A stretch of 64,000 nt of DNA, taken from Desulfobacteraceae bacterium (GTDB lineage: Bacteria; Desulfobacterota; DSM-4660; Desulfatiglandales; Desulfatiglandaceae). The stretch is from the NCBI GenBank assembly GCA_016783065.1, contig JADHXI010000001.1, positions 23,610 to 87,609 on the forward strand. The letters are read 5' to 3'. The notes beneath the pieces were generated by a model. The model saw only the letters and a program-made list of their open reading frames with translations. It had not been told where the DNA came from and made no database searches. The position numbers were made by a program, and so were the translations under genes. This document shows, one piece after another, positions 46,402 to 54,338 of this stretch (position 1 is the stretch's first letter; each line of letters starts with the position of its first letter).

Positions 46402-46836
46402 ATGATAAAAGATTTTCTTCATGTTGGATTAGGTGTAAAGGATCTTGAGAAATCTGTAAAGTTTTACACCGAAGTGATGGGAATGGAAGAGGAATATCGC
46501 ACCCACAACGAAGGTGAGAAGATAAGCCAGATTGTCGGTGTAAAAGATGTAGACATGGACGTCTGTGTCGTCAGGAAAAACAACGTGAGAATCGAGTTAT
46601 TGGATTATAAGAATGATGACCTAAAAAAACATAACAACCCTCTTGGACAGGATGAACCCGGCCTCACGCATTTGGCCTTCCTGGTCGACGATGTGGACAG
46701 GGAATTCGAGCGGATAAAGGCTCTGGGTTTTAAGTTTAATGCGCCGCCAATGGTTGCAAGAGAAAATGGTCCAAAAATCACCTACTTTGAGGGCCCGGAC
46801 AACGTTATCATTGAGATTTTTGAAAAGGTGAGTTAG
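46402..46836 (+). CDS. VOC/glyoxalase-family protein
   Basis: 144 aa. LHVGLGVKDLEKSVKFY...GLTHLAF fits the paired beta-alpha-beta-beta-beta metal-binding pattern. Confidence 0.7.
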   Translation: MIKDFLHVGLGVKDLEKSVKFYTEVMGMEEEYRTHNEGEKISQIVGVKDVDMDVCVVRKNNVRIELLDYKNDDLKKHNNPLGQDEPGLTHLAFLVDDVDREFERIKALGFKFNAPPMVARENGPKITYFEGPDNVIIEIFEKVS

Positions 46837-46893
46837 ACGCCCAAATCCCTCTTTGGCTTATCCTTGAGGAGAGGGTAATGGTTCTGGCACCTG

Positions 46894-47622
46894 TTACTCA
46901 ATGATACCTTCAAATGCCAGGTCATATTTGTCGCTTCGATAAAGAGACTCCTCACATTCGATTGCCTTCCCATTTTCGAGATAGGTCACCCCTTTTATGA
47001 GAAAAACGAGTGAGTCATCTTTAAGCCCGAGCAGGGAAGCGGAACCGCCCGAAATCTTGGCAATTCTCAAGTTTTGAGAATGCCTGTACGGCTTGTACCC
47101 GTATATATGCTCAAACACCTTCCAAAGCGAAGAAGTAAGTTCCTGGTTTTGTATCCCGGGGCAGAGATCAATGCGGATATACCTGGTTTCGAGCATCATG
47201 GGGGTATCATTGGCCAAACGCAACCGGTTAAGCCTGACGATTTTTGTCCCCTTTTTTAGGCCCAGCCTGTCCCTTGCGAAAGCATTTGCCGGAACCACTT
47301 TTTTACTCAAGACCTTTGTTGAAGGGGTCAGGCCCATTTCTGTCATGTTTTGGGTAAACCCCAGAACTTTACGCAGGTCTCTCTTGACCTTTCCCATTCG
47401 CACGAAGGTGCCTTTGCCCGCCTTCCTTTCGAGAAAATTTTCATGAACCAGGTCGTTCAGGGCGCGGCGAATGGTGGTGGATGAAATGTCATATCGTTCA
47501 CTGAATTCGCGCTCTGAAGGAAGAAGATCTCCTTCCTTGAGGTCTCCCCTCAGTATCTTTTGCTTGATATCTTCTTTTAGCTGATAATAAAGGGGGATCT
47601 TTGACTGCTGGTCAATAATCAT
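46894..47622 (-). CDS. GntR-family regulator, HutC subfamily (UTRA effector domain)
   Basis: PLYYQLKEDIKQKI...LPSEREFSERYDISSTTIRRALNDL winged HTH. Start set to ATG 47622 with a GAGAGGTG SD. Confidence 0.85.
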   Translation of the reverse strand: MIIDQQSKIPLYYQLKEDIKQKILRGDLKEGDLLPSEREFSERYDISSTTIRRALNDLVHENFLERKAGKGTFVRMGKVKRDLRKVLGFTQNMTEMGLTPSTKVLSKKVVPANAFARDRLGLKKGTKIVRLNRLRLANDTPMMLETRYIRIDLCPGIQNQELTSSLWKVFEHIYGYKPYRHSQNLRIAKISGGSASLLGLKDDSLVFLIKGVTYLENGKAIECEESLYRSDKYDLAFEGIIE

Positions 47623-47682
47623 TGATATCACCTCTCTCGCCAGCCCGGGCCATGAGATGGTATTGATCAGACCCTTTATTTA

Positions 47683-47797
47683 GGTCCAAAAACCCGGTCC
47701 TCCCTCCGGGCCGTAGGCCCTATGGGCCGGAGGCCAGCACTCCAATACTCCAACACTCCCGGAATCTGAGATCTGGTTTTTGGTCCCCTTTTAGGGG
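47683..47797. repeat. REP-like structured intergenic element with tandem heptamers
   Basis: Outer stem GGTCCAAAAACC / GGTTTTTGGTCC. Core CTCCCTCCGGGCCGTAGGCCCTATGGGCCGGAG is related to 28455-28489. ACTCCAA x2.5 at 47738-47760. Terminal hairpin CCCCT-TTT-AGGGG. Confidence 0.5.
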
Positions 47798-48169
47798 GCA
47801 GATCAAAGTCACGTCCTCCGGGCGTGGATTCTTTACTTGGCGAGGATATATTAACTGTTCATTGGGTTTGCGTAATATTACTATATTACGGTATTGTCAA
47901 GCCAAAACTGGCGATCACAGGAAATCTGGGCCTGGCAACATATAATCCTGCCAGTTCTATCAATGCTGAAGATACTGCTAAACGACCCGTATCGTTGATT
48001 TAAAAGGGAGCATGATTTCTGAAGAGCTTTTTTTCTTGACCAATAAAATAACATTGTAATATTGTACTAAAGATACTGTTTTGACAAGAATTCATTTCCA
48101 GCCTCTCCCGCTAAATGAATCTCTTAACCGTAGGTAGGCCCGAACCAACATCAGTGAGGAGGAAAGAAT

Positions 48170-49168
48170 ATGAGTAAGAAGTCACCGCCAAAAAGTGCCG
48201 CAAAAAGCAAAACTTCTTCGCGAGGTGTGACCGAAAAGATTCTATTGCAGATGTACCGAAGCGTCTATGCGACACGTCAATTTGAGCTAAAATGTATGGA
48301 CCTCTATCGCCAGGGTCTCGTCCGAGGGTACCTTCACCCCTATCTCGGCGAGGAAGCCATCGCAGCCGGTGCCTGTGCGGCCATAGGACACGACGATTTT
48401 ATCGTTAGTACGCACCGCGGTCATGGCCACTGCATCTCCAAGGGTGCCGATCTGAAGCTGATGGTGGCTGAAATTATGGGAAGAGCCACTGGATACTGTA
48501 AGGGCCGGGGAGGCTCCATGCATATTTTCAGCAAAGAGAATCACAATCTTGGGGCCAACGGCATCGTTGGCGCAGGGATTCCCATCGCTACGGGCGCTGC
48601 CATGGGGATCAAGGTCAGGAAGGAAAAACGGGTTGTTTTGGTCTTTTTTAGTGACGGTGCCGCCAACCAGGGGGTGTTCGGCGAATCCATGAACTTTGCA
48701 GCAGCCTTTGAATTGCCGGTCATTTTCATGCTTGAAAACAACCATTATGCTGTCTCAACCCCGGTTGAGTGCTCCTTCGGGAACTGTGATCTGGCGTGCA
48801 AAGGCCCTGCCTTCGGGATGCCGGGTATCTGTATTGATGGAAATGACGCGGTCGAAGTATATCTTACCACAAAGAGTGCGGTTGAAAGGGCTCTCAATGG
48901 GGAAGGGCCGACGCTGATTGAAGCCAAAACCTACCGTCATGGTGGTCATCACCTAAATGATCCTGGGGATTATATGGACCAGAAAGTCCTGGCAGAATGG
49001 AAAGCTAGAGATCCGCTTGATATTCTCAGGGGCAAGATCAGAGGCAAAAAAAAGGTAAAAGAAGTGGAAGACCAAGCGGAATTGGAACTCTCAGAGGCGA
49101 TCGAATTTGCCAAGAACAGCCCTCAACCATCGGTTGATGAGTTTCTGACAAGTATACCCAATTTTTAG
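48170..49168 (+). CDS. acetoin-dehydrogenase-type E1 alpha subunit (set 3)
   Basis: GAGGAGG SD. YLHPYLGEEAIAAG, STHRGHGHCISKG, YCKGRGGSMH. The TPP motif reads SDGAANQ...ENN (Ser in place of the first Gly). Confidence 0.85.
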   Translation: MSKKSPPKSAAKSKTSSRGVTEKILLQMYRSVYATRQFELKCMDLYRQGLVRGYLHPYLGEEAIAAGACAAIGHDDFIVSTHRGHGHCISKGADLKLMVAEIMGRATGYCKGRGGSMHIFSKENHNLGANGIVGAGIPIATGAAMGIKVRKEKRVVLVFFSDGAANQGVFGESMNFAAAFELPVIFMLENNHYAVSTPVECSFGNCDLACKGPAFGMPGICIDGNDAVEVYLTTKSAVERALNGEGPTLIEAKTYRHGGHHLNDPGDYMDQKVLAEWKARDPLDILRGKIRGKKKVKEVEDQAELELSEAIEFAKNSPQPSVDEFLTSIPNF

Positions 49169-49194
49169 TTAATACCCCAGACAGGAGTAATGAC

Positions 49195-50166
49195 ATGGCT
49201 GAGATGATGTATCGGGAGGCTTTGAATCGGGCCCTTTTTGAAGAAATGAGAAAGGACCCGTTGGTTTTTGTTTTGGGAGAAAATATCGGCGAGCGTGGAG
49301 GATCTTATAAGGTCACGGAAGGGTTGATAAAAGAATTCGGTGCCGAGCGTGTCATAGACACGCCCCTGGCCGAAGCAACATTTACCGGCGCAGCGGTGGG
49401 GGCGGCTCTTGCCGGTACACGACCTGTTGTGGATATCCTGTTTGTGGATTTTACCACAGTTCCCATGGACGCAATCGTCAATCAGGCCGCCAAATATGAA
49501 TTCATGTCCGGTGGTCAGGGACAGGTCCCTATGGTTTTGAGGACACAGGGAGGGGCAGGAAATAGTCTTGCAGCGCAACACTCACAGAGCCTTGAAGCCC
49601 TGTTTTACCATATTCCGGGTCTAAAGCTCGTCATGCCCTCTTCACCCTACGATGCCTATGGCCTTCTGGTATCGGCCATACGCGACGACCAACCAACCAT
49701 ATTCATAGAGCACAAGTTGTTATACATGACCAAGGGGGAAGTCCCGGAAGAAGAATATGTGGTCCCCCTTGGAGAGGCTGACGTCAAAAAAGAGGGCTCA
49801 GATGTCACTCTTTTGACCTATTCCTATATGACATTGAAATGCCTTGAAGCTGCTGAGCTTCTGGAGAAAGAAGGCATCAGTGTCGAGGTGGTCGATTTGA
49901 GAACACTGAAACCCCTGGATGAAGAAACCATATTGGCTTCGGCAAGGAAGACGGGCCGGGTTATTATCGTCCACGAGGCGTGCAAGAGGGGCGGGATCGG
50001 TGGAGACATTGCCGCCATGATCATGGAGGAGGCATACGACGATTTGGACGGTCCGGTCATGCGCGTTTGCGGTTTGGACACGCCCATCCCATACAACCTT
50101 GAACTGGAAAAGGTGTGTATTCCCACGACAGAGGATATTGTAGAAGCCATTATCAAGATTACTTGA
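49195..50166 (+). CDS. E1 beta subunit (set 3)
   Basis: AGGAG SD. HSQSLEALFYHIPGLKLVMPSSP. LEAAELLEKEGISVEVVDLRTLKPLD. Confidence 0.9.
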   Translation: MAEMMYREALNRALFEEMRKDPLVFVLGENIGERGGSYKVTEGLIKEFGAERVIDTPLAEATFTGAAVGAALAGTRPVVDILFVDFTTVPMDAIVNQAAKYEFMSGGQGQVPMVLRTQGGAGNSLAAQHSQSLEALFYHIPGLKLVMPSSPYDAYGLLVSAIRDDQPTIFIEHKLLYMTKGEVPEEEYVVPLGEADVKKEGSDVTLLTYSYMTLKCLEAAELLEKEGISVEVVDLRTLKPLDEETILASARKTGRVIIVHEACKRGGIGGDIAAMIMEEAYDDLDGPVMRVCGLDTPIPYNLELEKVCIPTTEDIVEAIIKIT

Positions 50167-50224
50167 TCCGGCGGGTTCTAATATTTTTGACCGCAATTTA
50201 TCTTTTTGAGGATGAGTGAATATT

Positions 50225-51592
50225 ATGTCAACGAAGATCATAATGCCCCAGGCCGGGCAGGATATAACGGAAGGAAGGGTTGTAAAGTGGCTAAAGGCTG
50301 AAGGAGACACCGTCAAACAGGGTGAACCGATCTGCGAAGTGGAGACGGAAAAAGTCGTCTTCGAGGTTGAATCACCGGCAGACGGGGTCCTCTTGAAGAT
50401 CATTGTTCCTGACGGGAAAAAGACCGAGATATTTGCGACCATCGGCGTGGTGGGCGAGCCGGGGGAAGCCATTGATATGACCGAATTTCTCTCAGATGAT
50501 AGAAAGGAAGAAAAAGAGGTCGATGTCGCTGATATTCGGAAGCGTCTGACTCAAAAAGAAACGGGTGATACTGCAAAAATAAAGGTGTCAGGAAGGGCAA
50601 GAAAGCTGGCGGAAAAGAAAGGGGTTGACCTTACCACAATTGAGGGCACCGGGCCCGGTGGCCGCATCGTGGAAAAAGATGTCGAGCGAGCGGCAGCTGA
50701 GGCGGCGGACGTCAAGATAAGAGTGTCTCCCGTGGCCAGAAAGATGGCTGAGGAAAATGGTATCGACCTTGGCATCATGAAAGGCTCAGGACCTGGCGGC
50801 CGTATCATCAAGGAAGATGTACAGAGAGCCATAGAAGAAAAAGCATCTGAAAAAAAGATAACGGAGAAACCCGGCGCAGCAGCACTAAAAGAGGTGAAAG
50901 AGGTTGTGCCCATCAGAGGTGTCAGGCAGGTGATCTTTGAACGGATGCACCAGAGCCTGCAACAGTCCGCACAACTTACCGTCACCATGGAGGTTGATGC
51001 GGCGGAGCTGGTCCGTTTCCGGAGAGTGCTGGGCGAGGGCCCTGAAAATGCGGGCATACGCATTTCCTACAATGCGATCCTGGTGAAGATCTTGGCCCGG
51101 GTCCTCGAGGAGCACCCTCACCTCAATAGCAGTGTTATTGGCGACGAGATCTGGATCTGGGAATCGGTGAATCTTGGGGTGGCCGTGGATGTTGAAGATG
51201 GCTTGGTGGTTCCGGTTGTTCGTGATGCGAACAAAAAAGATCTGATCGCCATACAAGGAGAAATGGACGAACTGGCTGAAAAGGCGAAATCTAAAAAATT
51301 GATTCCGGATGATCTAAGAGGAGGGACCTTTACGCTGACCAATATGGGTTTTCTGGATATCGAGGCCTTTACTCCCATCCTTAACCCGCCCGAGACCGGA
51401 ATCCTGGGCGTGGGAAAGATCGTGGAGAAGCCGGTGGTGGAGAACGGAGATATCAAGGTAGGCCAGAGGATGACGCTGAGCCTGACCTTTGATCACCGCA
51501 TTGTTGATGGAGCGGATGGAGGCCGTTTCCTCAAGAGGGTAAAGGCATATATCGAAGAACCCTATCTTCTTCTGGCAGCCGGAAATAAATAG
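50225..51592 (+). CDS. dihydrolipoamide acyltransferase E2 (set 3) with two E3-binding domains
   Basis: Lipoyl VETEKVVFEV. Two PSBD copies (VSGRARKLAEKKGVDL..GPGGRI and VSPVARKMAEENGIDL..GPGGRI). Catalytic TFDHRIVDGA. ATG 50225 is preferred over GTG 50216 on SD spacing. Confidence 0.9.
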   Translation: MSTKIIMPQAGQDITEGRVVKWLKAEGDTVKQGEPICEVETEKVVFEVESPADGVLLKIIVPDGKKTEIFATIGVVGEPGEAIDMTEFLSDDRKEEKEVDVADIRKRLTQKETGDTAKIKVSGRARKLAEKKGVDLTTIEGTGPGGRIVEKDVERAAAEAADVKIRVSPVARKMAEENGIDLGIMKGSGPGGRIIKEDVQRAIEEKASEKKITEKPGAAALKEVKEVVPIRGVRQVIFERMHQSLQQSAQLTVTMEVDAAELVRFRRVLGEGPENAGIRISYNAILVKILARVLEEHPHLNSSVIGDEIWIWESVNLGVAVDVEDGLVVPVVRDANKKDLIAIQGEMDELAEKAKSKKLIPDDLRGGTFTLTNMGFLDIEAFTPILNPPETGILGVGKIVEKPVVENGDIKVGQRMTLSLTFDHRIVDGADGGRFLKRVKAYIEEPYLLLAAGNK

Positions 51593-52059
51593 GTTCATTG
51601 GATTATTTGAAATAACACCGGTTGAATACTGATAGCAGTTTCCCGGTCGAAATGTGCCGGGCCGTGAAATCTGATATGTCCTCTGGTGACTTCCTTTCAC
51701 TACGCTTTACTACAAGAAACCACGTTCCCCGGAGTTCCGGATAGCTTCCCTCCAAGGCGTAAGCTCCTATGGTATGCAAAGCGGAGATAGCTCGTAAACC
51801 AGGCGATTCCAAACTGACGATGGGGTAACCGTTCTTTAACAGTCATACCCCCATTTCTGAATTTATGTCTTACCACCTTTCGTTCCGGGCGACTATAGAC
51901 TTAATTTGTGATCTCATCGCATTATGGCCATTGTGTTATCATTAGGTCACGGTGGCCAACTCCCATCGAGTTGATCCAGAAATCTATACGATGGCCAACT
52001 TTAGTTTCTCCCGGTAAAAGCGATCAAAGCTAAGGACAATTTGTTTATATGAAGCGGGT

Positions 52060-53676
52060 TTATCCCTTCTCGTCCTTGGAAGCTGGCTGCTCATCACCTT
52101 CATTTGTAACTCCCATTATATTTATGCCCGCCAACCCGAGTTCCCGCAGAAGCGAATCCACGAGTGGCGCCTGGGCGCGGTAACGAAGCGCACTGTCGAA
52201 AACGCGGTCAGACATGGCGATGCCCTCTTTGGTCCGGTCGTTCCCCCAGAGGCCGTCGGCCTGCACTATTTTGATGCTGTCGATTTTCTCGAGCGGTTTG
52301 CCGCTTTCATGTATGATTTCCGCCAGATGATCGATGAGATAGTGGCGAATTTCGGCCGTGATCTGCTCGGGCGACAACAAGTTCTTAGCTTCGTTGAGGG
52401 CTCTCGTGCCAGCCGCCTCCACGCGGAATCGCACTTCGTTCCCTGCCGCCTTGATTTTCTCGGCCTCCGCTTGGTCCACAGCCGCAGCCTTTTCAGCTTC
52501 GGCCATGATCTTGAGGGCCAAGGCCTGCCTCTCGGCCTCGCGCGCCGCCTCGATCAGTTCCACTGCCTTCCGGCGTCCGGCGGCCTCCTTTTCCCGTGCT
52601 GTGAGCACGCGTTCCTCGGCGGTAACCAGATCGGCCCGCGCGGCCTCTGCTTCAGCCTTGGCCTCCGACTGGGCCTTAGAGCCGATGGAAACCTCGACAT
52701 CTCGAGCATGCTCGGCAAGCCGTATCATCTTCTCTTTCTCAATTTCGCGTTCACGGAGTGCCCGCTCTCGGGCAAGCCGCTCCTCCTCGATATCCCGTTC
52801 GGAAAGGATTTTGGCGATCTCAACCTTCTGACGCGCCACAATTTCGGCCTGGTCGGCCCCCTGTGACTGCTCTGCACGGCGCAGGGTGATCTCGGCCGTC
52901 TGCTCTGCCTTGCGGATTTCGATCTCCAATTGCTGCTCCAGGCGAGCGGACTGTTCTTCGAGTTCGAGGGCGAGGTTGAGCTTCTCGGTTTCCAGGTTCT
53001 TATTGCGGATTTGAATCCGTGTGTCTTGCTCGATATCGTTGCGCTTCTTTTTCCGGCTTTCGATCTTCTCGGTAAGATGCGTCAGACCCTCGGCGTCGAA
53101 GGCGTTGGAAGGATTGAAATAACTCATCTCCGTCTGGTCGAGTTGGGTTAGCGAGGCTGCCTCAAGCTCGAGACCGTTTCGGGACAGATCCTCCGCCACG
53201 GCCTCGCGCACCCTGCCTATGAAATTCTTCCGTTGCGCGTGCAGTTCCTCCATTGTCATCTCAGCAGCAATGGAGCGGATGGCATCGATGAACTTGCCCT
53301 CCACGATCTCGTTAAGCGCATCCGGGCGCATGGTGCGAGAGCCAAGCGTGCTGGCAGCGATTGATATGGCATTTAGATCGGGAGCCACATGAACATAGAA
53401 TTCTACCACTATGTCCATACGCATCCGATCCCTGGTGATGACCGATTGCTCATTCTGGCGCTGAACCTCCAGGCGTAAGGTCTTCATGTTGACCTCTATC
53501 ACCTCATGCAACACAGGGATGACCACGGCGCCTCTGTTTTTGACGATTTTTTCACCTCCGAAGCCTGTCCGGACGAAGGCGATCTCCTTGCTGGCGCGCT
53601 TGTAAAAAATAAAGAAGAGCACCACTAGTGCGATGGCCACAAGGATCAAAACAATGATGGTAGCTGACACAGACAT
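52060..53676 (-). CDS. flotillin / SPFH (band 7) domain protein
   Basis: GAGAGGTGG SD. N-terminal TM helix, SPFH core, and a long Ala/Glu-rich coiled-coil (EAEKAAAVDQAEAEKIKAAG). Confidence 0.8.
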   Translation of the reverse strand: MSVSATIIVLILVAIALVVLFFIFYKRASKEIAFVRTGFGGEKIVKNRGAVVIPVLHEVIEVNMKTLRLEVQRQNEQSVITRDRMRMDIVVEFYVHVAPDLNAISIAASTLGSRTMRPDALNEIVEGKFIDAIRSIAAEMTMEELHAQRKNFIGRVREAVAEDLSRNGLELEAASLTQLDQTEMSYFNPSNAFDAEGLTHLTEKIESRKKKRNDIEQDTRIQIRNKNLETEKLNLALELEEQSARLEQQLEIEIRKAEQTAEITLRRAEQSQGADQAEIVARQKVEIAKILSERDIEEERLARERALREREIEKEKMIRLAEHARDVEVSIGSKAQSEAKAEAEAARADLVTAEERVLTAREKEAAGRRKAVELIEAAREAERQALALKIMAEAEKAAAVDQAEAEKIKAAGNEVRFRVEAAGTRALNEAKNLLSPEQITAEIRHYLIDHLAEIIHESGKPLEKIDSIKIVQADGLWGNDRTKEGIAMSDRVFDSALRYRAQAPLVDSLLRELGLAGINIMGVTNEGDEQPASKDEKG

Positions 53677-53721
53677 TTATCCACCTCTCTTTAGTGTTCG
53701 CGTTAGAATGCTTTCCGCACA

Positions 53722-54159
53722 TCAACCCCCTAGATGCTTCTTTAGTCCGTCGAAGCCAGCCTGGAAAACATCACGGCTAATGAAGCTTGCCATTTCTTGC
53801 TCTTTGCCAGGTGTGGTCTCAAACTCCGCATTCCATTCGCCAAAGGTTCGATTGCCGTCGGTCACAGGGGTAAACTTGAGCTTAGCCACGAAGTTGTTCA
53901 GATCAAGCCCTGATTCGATGATCGCATAGGAGAAGCTGTAGTCGTAGTCCGACAGCGATAGCAGTTGCTCGCGTATGCGTGTATCGTCAGCGATATGGTA
54001 GCTGCGAATGCACCCTATTGCGTCGCTGGGCCTGCCGCCTTCGATCGTGCTGCGGGCAACCAGGGGGTGCCAGCTCGGCATGTCGTTGAAGTCCCTCACA
54101 ACCGCCCATACTTCGTCGGCTTTTGCTTCTATCACCGAACTAACGAAAACCTTGCTCAT
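53722..54159 (-). CDS. SRPBCC (START/Bet v1-like) ligand-binding protein
   Basis: GAGGAG SD. 145 aa. VWAVVRDFNDMPSWHP is a typical SRPBCC N-terminal block. Confidence 0.7.
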   Translation of the reverse strand: MSKVFVSSVIEAKADEVWAVVRDFNDMPSWHPLVARSTIEGGRPSDAIGCIRSYHIADDTRIREQLLSLSDYDYSFSYAIIESGLDLNNFVAKLKFTPVTDGNRTFGEWNAEFETTPGKEQEMASFISRDVFQAGFDGLKKHLGG

Positions 54160-54338
54160 TGATCCGTCTCCTCTATCAGCCGGTCACCCCTTGGCGGCAG
54201 CATCGGACCGGCGGGGGTTCTGGCATAGCGCAATCGTCGCCCCTGTGAAAGCCCTGAAAATCCGGGCCCGACATTATCCAGTGCTCAGGGCTCTCCACTT
54301 TCGACCGCACCGTTCCCTCTCGTTTGTCCTTTGGTTCA

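Noticed and set aside
47760-47790. CTGAGA-containing segment as a TPP riboswitch upstream of the TPP-dependent E1 genes
   Set aside because: Only the short CTGAGA string matches. The flanking conserved helices and the ACCTGATCTGGATAATGCCAGC-type arm are absent. The segment is part of a REP-like repeat.
52309-52866. 185-aa and 157-aa plus-strand ORFs inside the flotillin gene
   Set aside because: They are mirror frames of the Ala/Glu-rich coiled-coil coding region, in high-GC repetitive codons. They are shadows.
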